Positions 24,054 through 36,700 of a stretch of 64,000 nt of DNA are shown here, one piece after another; the first letter of the stretch is position 1; the number at the start of each line of letters is the position of its first letter. A model generated the notes under the pieces. The model did not search any database, was not told the origin of the DNA, and saw nothing but the letters and a program-made list of their open reading frames with translations. The position numbers and the translations under genes were made by a program. Origin of the DNA: Takakia lepidozioides (Eukaryota; Plantae; Bryophyta); assembly GCA_030704615.1 (NCBI GenBank), contig CM060731.1:9982001-10046000 (forward strand). Direction: 5' to 3'.

Positions 24054-24661
24054 TCTAAGAGTGGTTTTGCAGACATTGTCCAAGCTGTGGCTTCAGCCCC
24101 AGTTCGCTTACTTTCTGATTTCATTTCCTAGGAGACAGATTTGCATTAGTTTCTTTTGGCTAGCTCTAGATAGTTACTACCCTGTCTTGAGTAGGCTCTC
24201 TGCTCTTCATCTGGTTTTTCCATCATTTGCATCACAACAGTTGTTCTTTAGCTTTGTGTTGCTTTTATGAACTGGCCATTGATGTAAGAGTTGGGGTTTT
24301 TCCCGCACAACGGGTTTTTGCATCCCAATTCAGGCCTGGAGGTGGGGCAACTTGCAGCTCCCACCAGAATAGACCCCTTTCTTGACAATTTTTGGTACAT
24401 AACACAGCCCCTGTCTTGCTTATGTGCTTAGTTTAAGCATCCAAGGTGTTCTTCTACACGATCATATTTGGATCTGGATGTCTCTAGTTGTTCTTCACAT
24501 GAGTTCAGATTTTCAAACCCGGGGGTAGCATCACATATGTGATGGCCCACTTTTTCCTGCTCCCATTTTCTCCCTCACAGATGTGTTTTCAAGTATCAGA
24601 AGATGTAATGTAGAGAGCTGTTAGCAGCTACTCTGACACCATACCGTAGCTATACCGTTAA

Positions 24662-25382
24662 TGTTGCGCACCTCACTTCGGTAAGCTCGCTTGATGCGCG
24701 CGCCTAACTCCCAACCTGGCCGCCGGACCAACTTGGAGCTTCGGCTGCTCACCGGGGCATAACGGTCCCCCTTTGATCTCCCAAAGAACCCTCCAACGAT
24801 TAGGAACCAGCGGAATTCCCTTTGGTAGTTGGCAGTCCGGAACAGCTCCCCACTCTTTGATCGCTTTCCGGCTCGCTCGCTTACTCACTAGTTTTTGGTC
24901 ACCAACGGGCTTGCACCGTTCTCGGGGTTATTACTCCCTATATATACTTCTGTAGCCGTCCGCAGGGGTTTCACAAACAACCATGCCATTTTATGGCGAA
25001 CCACCACGAACACCCTCGACTCCCAGTGATGAGTCGCGGTGAGTCTTGGCCCACCCACCACGGCCCCTATGGACCGTGATGAGTCCCAAGACTCCCCACG
25101 ACTCCCACCACGAGGTCTCCGCCCCAGGGTGAGTCCTATGCCACCCTCACTAAGTCCCACTAAGCTACCACCACCCCTTGTGGAGCCACCCCCCCGCAAC
25201 CCGGTGTGCGGGGCTCCACCTAGTGAGCGCCTCCACCTCCTTGAGTGCTTTGGGCACTCAAGGGTGCTTTGGGCACTCAAGGGTGCTTCAGCCCCCCATA
25301 CCTATCGCTACCACTGCCCCCACCACAGGGGCAGCCCCTCTTGTGTCCCGACCCCCTGCCCTCAAGGCAAAAGGCCGCGACA
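24662..25382. mobile_element. Solo LTR of a different family inserted in the 3' terminal repeat
   Basis: TGTTGCG..CGCGACA ends; 5-bp TSD GTTAA (24657-24661/25383-25387); TATATA near 24940. Confidence 0.92.
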
Positions 25383-26281
25383 GTTAATATACACTTCAAT
25401 GTTTTGTACCGTTAACTCTGGCGCTTAGCCTTGCTGTAACCGGCTTAGCCTGTATCCATTAACGCCTCGACAAGTGGCACTGACTTGGAAATGATGTGGC
25501 AGATGAATAAAAAGGCTCTGGAAAACAGAAGCCGGGCGGTATTTTCATTGTGTTCATTTGCGGTGTACAAGGTGTTCTGTAGAGACAGTGGTGGGGTGAC
25601 AGACTGATGAACGGACCCTGTGTGTGTTCTGTGCGTTGGTGTACTTCAATAGGACCGCTCACTACGTCCTCTGCGATTAGATCTTCTCCTCTCTGTGTTG
25701 CTTGCCTTACCGAGCTTTCATCCCTAGATACTGGCGTTACGTTAGAGGAAAGGAGAATCTAACCTCCGTCGAGTTTTGAGCATCACAGTGTGACCATGCT
25801 CAGGTGCGGAAAAAAAGATATGGCTCTAGGAATATGGCAGAGAGTATATTATGCCAACACGAAAATGTGCTTACGCTAGCAAACTGCGAAACTATCTCAA
25901 ATTTGTGCTCACGCATGATGAGCACAACAGTACATTTCAGACTTCTTTATATAAGATATTCGTTGGCCAAAAAAAACAAAAAAAACAAACAAACAAATAT
26001 ATATATATTAGTGAAATTATATTTACAAATTTTAGGTTTATTTTTCTTCTCGCCAACGAAATTGTCCGTAAACTCAAATAAATACCTGTATAGTTGAGTC
26101 ATTATTGTACAAATTATAATATTATGATATTAATTAAATATTAATTAAATATTTATTTATTTATTTATGTTATAGTGTACCTCATGGCAGTACGAGGTCT
26201 TAACTTTTTTCCTCCAATAATTCCAAGTTGATTTTGTATATAAATAAATATATCCTACGTCCGCTTGTGATTTTATATATA

Positions 26282-26500
26282 CTAGTGTGGCATGTGCCAT
26301 TGAGCACATATTCAATTATAAAAGAGGTCTTTTGCATTTTTTATGAATTTACAATGACAAAAAATCTTGAAATTCAGTATCTCCCACATCGCAGTCCAAG
26401 AATGTATCAAGAACCCGGACAAAGGCTTTGTGATTTGGGAGATCTCAACGTACATACAAACAAAACAAAACAAAACAAACTACCTTGCTTAATATATTGA
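26282..26500 (-). mobile_element. Short non-autonomous Helitron
   Basis: Minus strand A|TC start, TGTGC-TCAATG-GCACA hairpin, then CTAG|T; no TSD. Confidence 0.8.
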
Positions 26501-28654
26501 TTTTCAGACATATTATCCCTATAACCGTGGCTGGTGCTCACGAGGGCTTCTTTTGTTCTACCCATGTGAGGGGCGTGAGAATGTGAGAGTGTGCTCACTT
26601 GATACTAACCCCCTAATTAAGGCAGTGATCCAGCCTGAGATGTTTGCCCTTATTGGACACATATATGTACCCCCCAAATAACCCTTTACCCTGTCTCAAC
26701 TCCTCGACCATTGGGTACTAGTACTACTCTCCGCTTACCTGTCTCAACTCCTCGAACATTGGGTACTAGACTATCTCCGAATTAGTTCCCCACTCCCAAG
26801 AATGTGGGGTGGAGGTACTGTAATTGCTTGGGGGGACTTTCAGAACAAAGCCTCAGTTGACATTCTTAGGATTTTTTTCTAGACTAAGATTTCACTTAGT
26901 TCTTTTTCTCCCCAAAGTTATTGTTGGACTCATGTTACTTCTTGCTATTTGTCCCACCTGATTTGTGGGTCATCTAAATCTATCAGTTTTTGGCCCACAG
27001 GTTAAGTTTTTATTCCAATTGGCACTAATTCAATTGTCCAAAACTCTAGACATGCAAGTATCCTTACTCACCCACCGTGACTATCTTCAATCACATTATT
27101 GATATTACTTCAATAAGACATCTAGAATTTTGAATTTTGCAGTATGATATGTTGGTTTGATTTTGTGAGTGGTCGCTCCTGGTGTCTCTTAAGTATAAAA
27201 TCAAAAATTAAATTGGATTGATGAATTATAACTGACAATAGCATGATAGGATGCCTACATGATATCATAAATAAAGTCCTATGAAATATGCACTGTTCAG
27301 ATTTTACTGCTGAACTTTGCATCCACTCCAGTGTTTTTAAATCTAATGAAAATTCACCAGATTTCGACCTGGAAAATGGGTCGGCTACTTTTATAAAGGA
27401 ATTATGGGAATAAAAATCAAAAACTTCGCCACAAAGCGCCAATGGTTAAAGATCAGGAGCCAAAATTTTCCTACGTGGACCTATTAAATTATGACACCTG
27501 TTATACAGCCACATTTCTAACCCTCCCACCTCGTTATTCTCACCACATGGGCACTGAGTAGAATTTACATGTAGCCTTTGTGGTGATTTGGAAAAGTGAA
27601 AAAAAAAAACATGATCCACTCAGTATTTGTTATGTTGTAAGAAAAAAATATCATTCAACATGATAGTCTCATCTTTTTTATAAAAAACTTTAGAATGATG
27701 ATTCAATATTGTTCCCTTCAAATATTCACATTTTATATCCAGTTTATTGTACTTCTTTCAGTATGATAATAAAATCATTCAAGTACAATAACAATATTTG
27801 TTTTTATTTGACTCATTATTTAAAAATATAATTTTTTGTTTCTTGAAGAATGTATGTGCATTAAGTCGTCTTAGTAGAGTTAACAAAGACCCCATAAGAG
27901 CCACTTATTTACACTAATTTTGGCCAGCATCATCTTTCTAGTGAAGTATCATATAACCACCAGTTGTGTCTTTCTCGGCCTTGAGATGCAATGTTTCTTG
28001 AAAGCCATATGTATTGTGTTCTTCATAGTACAAAATTACACCAGCGTGTGTAGCATCATATGATGAACAACATCTGAAGCAATGTTAGTTCAATTAACTT
28101 CTAATATTCAAACTTATTAATCTAACATGATCATGAGTAAGTTTAAAAGTACTATTACTAGGTTCTTTTTTCTTTTTTTCTTTTTTTTTCCCTTTAAATT
28201 TCTTACAGGGGATCACGAAAACCCTAGAGCAGGCTCATACTGAGGAAAAATAACCTAAACAAAAGGCCATCAGGCCTTGCAGAAAGTGGGGTTGGGGCAT
28301 GGCTATCTCACTTAACACAATTGACAACTGTTATTTATTGTAACCTAGTTCCTCAAGTCATATAAATTGAGGTGGAACAAAATAACAATAAATTTTATGA
28401 TATCCATGTCCAGCTGATGATAGATTACCTATGGGTGTTTATAATAATTAATTCAAAATGTACAATGTTTGGCAATAAGTTGTCAATCATTTGTTGCAGT
28501 CTCAAAGGAAGTTGGTTGTTTTTTGACAAAAATCATTTGGGCCGGCTCCTCCTTCATAAGAAATCAAACTCTCTTTAACAACAATTGGTAATTTATTCGT
28601 TCATATGCACTCGTTTATTAATTCATGCCCTCTAAAAATGGATATGATACCTCA

Positions 28655-28807
28655 TTAATGTCTTCGCGGATGATTGCAATCCGAAGCGTCACATCTTCGA
28701 GCACAACCTCCAACCATTTTTAGCAATATAAATGCGACCACAGCTATTGCTGCAAATCCCGCAGGCACCCACCACCACTCGGTGGAGCCCAATATAGTGC
28801 TCATCAT
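28655..28807 (-). CDS. 50-aa single-transmembrane microprotein, paralog 1
   Basis: MMSTILGSTEWWWVPAGFAAIAVVAFILLKMVGGCARRCDASDCNHPRRH*; gap-free alignment to the neighbouring ORF. Confidence 0.65.
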   Translation of the reverse strand: MMSTILGSTEWWWVPAGFAAIAVVAFILLKMVGGCARRCDASDCNHPRRH

Positions 28808-29027
28808 GATCAAAAGTACTCCAAAAAATATGTATGTTGGATACACACAAAACAACTTAAGCACCTAATATGAACAATAGTCTTATACACAGTTATATTT
28901 TGATGTCAAAACTATAAAACTTAAGTTCGTAATTCACTTTAATGTTAATTGTAGCCTATTTATATAGCTAGTGTATTAACTATATATATATAAATATATC
29001 TCTAAACACAATTTATCAATTTAAATG

Positions 29028-29183
29028 TTAATAAGTACATCTCCGATGATTGCAATCTCCGGTACCACATCTACGATCACGTCCACCGAACACTGTAAAC
29101 AACAGTAGTGTGACACATGTTAGCGCTAGTAATCCTACTAGCACCCACCACCACTCATTCAGAGCACCCCCAATCCCAACCAT
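29028..29183 (-). CDS. 51-aa single-transmembrane microprotein, paralog 2 (absent from the ORF track)
   Basis: MVGIGGALNEWWWVLVGLLALTCVTLLLFTVFGGRDRRCGTGDCNHRRCTY*. Confidence 0.65.
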   Translation of the reverse strand: MVGIGGALNEWWWVLVGLLALTCVTLLLFTVFGGRDRRCGTGDCNHRRCTY

Positions 29184-29443
29184 ACGATGTTTGTCTCTTC
29201 ATCCTCAAAATAACTTCCCAATATACCACTCCATAAGAAGTGGAACCTTGTAAGGGATGCCAAGGGATGGGGTTTGAATGGTCACACCCCTACACATCTC
29301 ACACCCCACATGTTTTTTTCGATCTGTAGATCACCCAATTTTTCTGTAATAACTTTTAAGTGGTCATACATTATAAGGTGATAGCCAATCATGTTGTCTT
29401 ATTTTATCTAAGAAAAATCTTAAATGACATTTGGACTTAGTAC

Positions 29444-29590
29444 TATATATATATATATATGGAAACACCTAGAAGCAACAGCTCACAAATCAGATCCCTT
29501 GATAGTGAGAAAGAAAATAACCTCTTTCCCAGTAACCTCGCCATGAAGGGGTCCAAATGGGACACCGCCCTAGGGAAAGAGACTTAATAT
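29444..29590 (-). mobile_element. SINE family B, 5'-truncated copy
   Basis: Matches 49262-49400; ends in (TA)n. Confidence 0.75.
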
Positions 29591-31338
29591 TTGATGTGAA
29601 GAAAAATCGAGTTTTACATTATTAGTTAGGAAGATTCCATATACATTCGAACCTGACCACATCAAACAAGATGCATGGATGCATGTTTTTTTTTTTTAAT
29701 GTTTCACATTTATTCATCATCATAGTGTAGTTTTCAGTGATACAAAATGGTAATATCATGCAAATCAGTCTAGTATGATGTGTGGATAAAAGATACATAC
29801 GGCTGCTAAGATAAACACTTGTTTCCGAAAAAATCGTCAACAAAATTTTACATGTTGGTTTTTTTCTCTCTGATAACCTAACTACATATAATTTTTGTCT
29901 TTCACTTGATTCAACATAAATCATCAAACATTGTATCATGATTTGTCCTCGTATTCGAATTTGATAACTTCATAATTATCTAACATTATTAACACTCTTG
30001 TTCATCGATTTTAATTCAAAGGCTCTATAGAGTCTCTGGCCCATGCAGACAACTCTACGAGCATAATATGTCTTAATTAAGGGAATTTAAAAATCCATAT
30101 GTTATTTTTATTTTTATAGCAATAGTTTTTGTTTAAGAGTATTGTTGTATCAGGGTCGCACATTGACGTGAAGTCAAGTCACATCGAATCTCATGCAGAT
30201 CTGATGCTAATCTAGATCTGCGACACGTCAGTATTATATATATTCTAAAAATAAAAATATAGGGGGTTAGAAGAAAGATGTCACATAAGCTAAAAATTTA
30301 CCAAAAAATAACCATGTTATCTAAACAAACAACCCAAAAAATGTCATGTCAGCTGTGATAATTTATCAACTTGATAATTCGGCACCGCCAGAGTTGGTAG
30401 TCTCGATTTATTAAACGTTTTTATTAAATTGAGAAAGCCAGAGCTGTTAGTCCTGAAGTATCAAGTCCACATTTAATAAATTGGTACCGAAAGCTCTGGC
30501 GGTCCCTATCTTATTAAAAACACATTACAAAATAGGACCACCAAAGTTGTTTGTCCCTATTTTAAAAAAATATTATTTGGATAAAATTCGGACCATCAGA
30601 GCTGGTGGTCCCATTTTGTTTCCTAAATTTGGCTAAGATCAAGACAAGCTAATATGACAGTCCTAAATTTATCTTTTAAATAAGTTTTTTTGGGATCAAT
30701 TGGGATGGCCAAAAGTGGCAATCCCAATTTTTTGATATTTTCCAATTTTTTTTCTTATTAAAATCGGCACTGCCAAAGCTAGATGAGCTAATTTTTTAAT
30801 TCTCTATTTTTTAAATTAAAATCGGGACGTCAATCTTAATTAGTATTATTTATTCTTTAATTAAAATCCAAAAGAGCCGAAGATTTTGTATTATTTAATA
30901 TTAATTTTAAAAATAAATTTTAGTTAAATCCAGACAGCCAGAGCTGGCAATCATATTTGATTTGATTTGATTTAATTAAAATTTGGACCGCCAAATCTGG
31001 TAGTCCAAATATTTTTATTTTTTATAATGTTTTTATAAATAAAATCCTGACCGCCAGAACTGATGGTCCAGATTTTTATTTTTTTTAAAACACTAAAATC
31101 AGGACAGCCAGAGCTAGTGGTACCAATGTTTTTAATCTTCAATTTTTATCTATTAAAATATGGACCGCCAGAGCTGGCGGTCCCGATTTTATCCCAAAAA
31201 TATTTTAAAAATATAGAATTCGGACCGTGAGCTTTGGCGGTCCTGATTTTATCCCCAAAAAAAATATCAAGACTGCCGAAGCTGGCGGTTATATATTATT
31301 AGGCGTTCAAAAAATCTGGGGACTGCTATGCTTCCCAT

Positions 31339-32153
31339 TGAAAGATAATAGCGTCTTCAATGCGCACGAGTGTGCCAATGACATGGCCCACGTGTAGCAG
31401 AGGGGGTCGTGAAGGGTGCGGTTCGGTCTGCTGCTGGGTCTACCGGGAAAGCAGATCTACTGCGGTAGGTCCTAACCAAGAGGGGACATGCATATATGCT
31501 ATAGTAATGCATATAAAATATTATTTTTTCCAAGGTTTGCAGAAAGCAGCGGGTAGTGTGGTGGCTAAGAATAGGGCCCACCCTCGAAAGGGGGCAGTAG
31601 TCATGAGGCAAAGTGAATCTTAGTTACGCCGGTTCCGCCTGGAGTTTTCTCTCTGGTGGTTAAGAGCAATGAATAATGTACATGAGGTCCGGTGTTCTTG
31701 TCATGTGATAATGTGTGTTATTGATTATACATCTTGTATGCTGAGTCTTTCTGAAATTTTCCCAAGTCCTTGTTCTTCTACGACGGGCGGACCTTCCAGT
31801 GGACTCTATAAGTGGAGATAGAGAAAAGATTCCGGCCAAAACCAGCGTATTAACTAAGAGCCACTTAGCCTCACGGCTAATGTCTCCTTTTTGGGATGAG
31901 GTCTACAGGTGGACTCACCTTTCAGCGGACTGGACAGACCCTCCAGCGGATTCTATAGGTGGATTCACATTCCAGCGGACCACCGGACTAATCTAAAGAA
32001 TCGGTGTACCCTCAAGCAGACTCTCGAAAATAGACTAGACTATCCAATGGACCCTCCGACGGACCCGGTGGATGGGGGCTGAGCTTATGAGCTGATCCCT
32101 TGGGCCGTACTGGCGGGGCCCATAAGGGCATTGAAGACGCTATTATCTTAACA
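31339..32153. mobile_element. TG..CA element with a 22-bp perfect inverted repeat (solo LTR or MITE)
   Basis: AAGATAATAGCGTCTTCAATGC (31342-31363) and its reverse complement (32128-32149); no clear TSD. Confidence 0.7.
31571..31653 (+). mobile_element. 83-bp retroposon consisting only of the structured 3' module
   Basis: TSD TGGTGG(C/T)TAAGA (31559-31570/31654-31665); homologous to 18229-18310. Confidence 0.8.
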
Positions 32154-33789
32154 TGAGAGCGGACCACTAGAGGTGGCAGTCTCAATTTATTAAATATTTT
32201 CTTGAAATTCCGGGACCGCCAGAGCTGGCAGTCCCGAACTATTAAATAATATTCTTAAAATTTAGGACCACTAGATTTAGTGGTCTCAAATTTTCTGAAA
32301 ATAATTTCTTAAGATTTCAGACCACCAAATATGACATGACTACTTATGTGTTGCTATGGTAAACTATGTAATGTAATAGTTAATTTTTAAAAATCTTGTG
32401 ATAAAACTAACAGGGGGCCATTTGTAGACTGTCGCAGATTGAACTTTTTTCCCACCCAACCTCACAAACCAGGTCTTACGTATTTTTTGTAATCATCTTG
32501 CAACATTCTTCAAAAGCAAGAATGATTATCCTTCAACAATTGTTTAAAAAAAAATAAGTTGGTTTGATTTGCACGAATTGAGCCAGTCATTGTGATTTTT
32601 TTTTCATTCTTATTTCGAACGGTCGATACTATATTGCATTGACAAACGACCTTCATGACATTACAGAGGATTCATGAATGTTTAGCGATGTTTCAAGCAT
32701 CTGCGACCCCTGAAAGTCGCAATAAAGAAACAAAAAATGTCTAGATTGCAAATGCGCAAATTATCACAATTTGTTTTTTTCTTAGGCTACAAGTTTAATG
32801 CGTCACATCTTATGTTTTTTTTTTGGGCGTCGTTTTGAGCATCTACAACACCTTGAGCATTGCAAAATTTAATATATTAAAATTATTACGTCACATACTT
32901 CATAACTAATTCATATCTAAAACATGAGTCACATAATAAGTATGATAAGTAGGGGGTTGCAATCTTTCAGAGTTTATTAAAAGAAACCAAACAAATCAGA
33001 AAAACAAATCAATTTTTACAACTATGCAACCTCCATTGAATGTTTTTGGACATCTTAAAATAACCTAGATTGAGCTTTATTATTTTAGAGACACATCTAT
33101 GTAAATATATTTAACTTAATTTTAATATATGATGCATAGACATTTAAATTTTTAATTTTTAAATTAATTAAGAAATGACACTTTGAGGTCCGATCAAACT
33201 ATAATTTGTAGGAGCTCAAATTTCACGTCCACAAAATATTATAATTTTGTATTTCCATAGATAAGATTTTGGAGGTGACATGCATAAGTGAACTAGGCTT
33301 GATGAATGCAGGGTAGGATGGACCAAAATGGACTTCCCAATGCCGATTTGCAGTGATTGTGGTCCATGGTACCACCCATATTTTTCTAAAAACTCACTAT
33401 TACATTCAAATATTTAGGATTGTCAACTCTAATATTTACATGTACCAATTGTTGGATTGTAAAACAGATAAAGCATATCTGAGTTATGGACATTTGAAAC
33501 AAGATTCTATGGATTGTCTTTTGAATCATACCCCTAAACGCCTAGTGGGTAAGTTTGACTTTTCCAAAAAAGAGTACCCATTGGGTAAAGAATTACACTT
33601 GAAGGCAACAACATGCTTGATAGTTTGTCATTTGAACGTGAATTCCATCAAATTCATAATCTATGTTGCTACATTAAGGCACGGAAGACGAGACAGAAGA
33701 CAAACGATCAAATATCGTTGATGATGTGCAGGCTATGCACCACATTATCTTTGGGGGGTAGAGTAGGGTAGGGTGGATCAAAAACAGTG

Positions 33790-36700
33790 GATGACGACGT
33801 CTATGGAAGTCCATCCAACAAAAAAAATGTGGGGCCCACATTGCATGCGTCTATTTCTATTGGTCGATACATTTCAAATTTGTCGTGCTTGAAGGCGCAC
33901 ATTTCTCACATTGACTGGGACGGAACCTGCGATCGCCGGTTCCTGTCAAATAGAATTTTCAGACATGGCTTGGCTGCTGGGAGATGACCGGAGCCTAAGT
34001 GTGTCATCTTCGTCAATCAGTTTCGTCCTTCTCCTTTGTAAATGGTGATGGCAGTAACACTGAGTCGTGCAGCAATATATACTTATCGTTTATTAGCTTA
34101 GGGTCACTGAGGATACTAAAGCTTAAAGCTAGGTTATGCAAGCACACGCGGGAGCTCTTACGTCAGAGTAGTGACTTCATGATACTATGTATAATTGAAT
34201 ATTATGTCGACAACTACTGCTACAACTATTGTGTTCATGTATTATGCTACAACTACTGCATGCACTTGTAACATGAACACATGTATGAAGCTTAAAAGAA
34301 ATCCTAAAACTTAAGAAGGACATGACGTCAACAACTATTATTCTATCGTAGCATGCTCCAAAGCAGCAGAACAAGTACTGAACGCGTCAACAGCCGCAAC
34401 TACTAAGGGTGTGCGACAACCATTCTTCCAGACCACGTTGTTGTCATAAATGCAACAACTGCACAAGCACAAAAAGAGTTCAGAACCCTAAAGTTTTGGC
34501 CTTGAAAACGCCAAAGCTTGCAAAACAAGAACAAAACAAACAAAACAAAGAAAACATTTCAAATATGACAGCAAACGGACCTGGATCATGCCATGAACAT
34601 GACCGTCTTCGAGAATCCACCAACCGCCAGTGTGTAAACAGGTTTAGTAGTCTCCACGGCTACTATGTCTTACACACATTGTCTAATCCTCAAAGAACGA
34701 GTATTTCATCTCCAAAGAAAAAAACAGAAACGAGATGCCTCATGAATGTATATCTATTGACACTTTGTACATAATGAATCGGTCCCGGGACATTGGCTTC
34801 CGCCAACATTCTAATCGCCAACATCCGGGCAATCTATGTTGTACCAAGGTAGGGGCTGAAGAACAAATGTCGACTTTGATTGGAATGGGGCATTCGAGGC
34901 ATTTCCAGACACACTGAATGAGTTCACCTCAAAGCACAAAACTTTGAGATCTACATCGTCGGAAGACTTGTATTCATCATCAGTATTTGCGCCATGAATC
35001 AACATTGAATTTAAAACACGTCTCACTAGAGCTCGCGTGTAATGTGCACAGACACTAAGAGAACGCGACATGACATCCAACAGAGAATGGAGATGTGATG
35101 CAAGAGTATGAAAGACAGTGCGTGGTATGCCAGCTCGGTCACCGTCGTTCAAAAATCGGTCATATCATAACCCTAAACCGACACGTCACATCCTATGTAG
35201 ATTTTTTGGCTTTAATTGTGTCCATGTGTTATTAGGCCATTCGAGATAATGGAAATCTACACCCTTTAGTTGGAAGGTACACCTCGAAAACAAAATAGAC
35301 AAAGTGTTGTGGACTTTTCAAAAAACACACACTTTTGGAATACAAATTAGTCCATAGCGTCTAAATCAGAAATAAGTTTGTCCATGTAAATGCATATCTA
35401 CAATGTTCACAAAATTGGCCCCTACCACCTAAAACTTTAGAGCAATTGCCCAATTGCAAAATCCTTTTCTAGAGTCCATAAGTTTCGTTAAAAGAATCCA
35501 TAGTTTGGACACACTTTGTCCGTTTTACATTTGGACAATTAGTGCATGTAGCTATTATAGTTGGCAATACTAACCCTTAAGCGCACCGAGCCAGTTTCTG
35601 GCTTCCAATTTTCATTTTTTCTCAATAACTTTTTGGCCACTTGGCAGAAACTGCTGATTTTTACATATGCTCATCTAGGACAGTGGACCCACACACATGT
35701 GTGATCCGTTCTTTCCCGATTTAAGTCAGGGATCAGCAATTTAGGGATGAAGCCTAGGGGGTCTATCTCCCTCCGTTTTTGTATTTTGCTTCCGTGAATA
35801 CCGGCCTCTTTTCTTGTCTCATTGTCCTCGCGCTGTGTGGTGTGACAACGCGCAAGTGCCTAGCGTCTCATGTTTGCAGGTTGCCGTTGCCATCTCGTAG
35901 GTTGTCATTGCTCAGCTTGTCGCGCGTAGTTGGTTCTACGTGCGCATTTGTTGCTGCCTTCTTGGTATCTCCTTCATCACCTTATATCCGCATGTTTCTT
36001 GTCATTGAATGAGCGGAGGTTGATCTTGGATTGTGAAGCAAGTCCCTGCAGGTTCCCGTTGTTCTGGAGCCCATTTCGGCGCTAGCATTTACATCATTTC
36101 CTAGAGCCGTGCAGCATTCCATTACCTTGCGCATTTGATCTTGATTTGTGATAGTACACTTGTGTGTATGGAGGCTTGTAAGTCTGCAGATGGGCTTGGA
36201 TGACTAGCTGCCTTCACCACCATCTCCTAGATTAGGCATGCAGAGTGAGATTATAGCCTAATGGGCAAGGGATTTGGGAGCAAATGGAGAACAAGTGGCA
36301 AAGCTCCTCGGCTGTCTCAACGAGGATTATCTTCTGTGCCTGAAACGTCTTGCGCGGGTGAAGTGGCTTGCATTCCCTGCTTCTGCGAACTTTCGTTACC
36401 TCTGGCAACGTCAGACAACAGAGGTCTTGGGTTGGTGTCATCACACGTCCAGAAGGGTGATCCTACGGGGTTCTCCCATGCAGTGAACGACTTCCTGTGA
36501 TTTGTTGTTTGGCCTAATTTTGAGAGTGATTCCACTAGTAGTCCTCATGGTGAGACTAAAGGCCTTAGCAAGGTCATAAGGTCTTAAGGGTGATTCCCTA
36601 CTAGTGTTCTTGGATGACTTTGGTAGCGCTGAACTTTCATCGCCACCATATGCCTTATGGAGTTCATGTGTAGTTCCCAATTCGCCTCACAATTGGACGA

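Larger units (their letters stand above)
14544..25787 (+). mobile_element. Ty3/gypsy-type LTR retrotransposon: ORF0-gag-PR-dUTPase-RT-RH-IN, rearranged and degenerate
   Basis: Terminal repeats at 14544-15053 and 24538-25787; TGTGATG..CATCACA ends; flanking GCGTGA/GTGTGA; PBS-like TGGTGGAAATCCAGGGG at 15054; RT YIDD; RH LQTNAS..DHLPL..RLARW; IN DLVGP..TDYLTKW..TDQG..YHPQCNG. Confidence 0.92.
30370..32335. repeat. Array of about 20 palindromic units (GGACCGCCAGAGCTGGCGGTCC) at ~55-60 bp spacing, probably transposon subterminal repeats
   Basis: Units at 30380, 30590, 30985, 31048, 31162, 32213 and others with AT-rich spacers; interrupted at 31339-32153. Confidence 0.85.

Noticed and set aside
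24673-25428. ORFs in the GC-rich insert
   Set aside because: They lie inside a solo LTR and are Pro/Gly-rich chance frames.
30370-32335. CRISPR array
   Set aside because: Eukaryotic context, no cas genes, degenerate repeats and low-complexity AT spacers.
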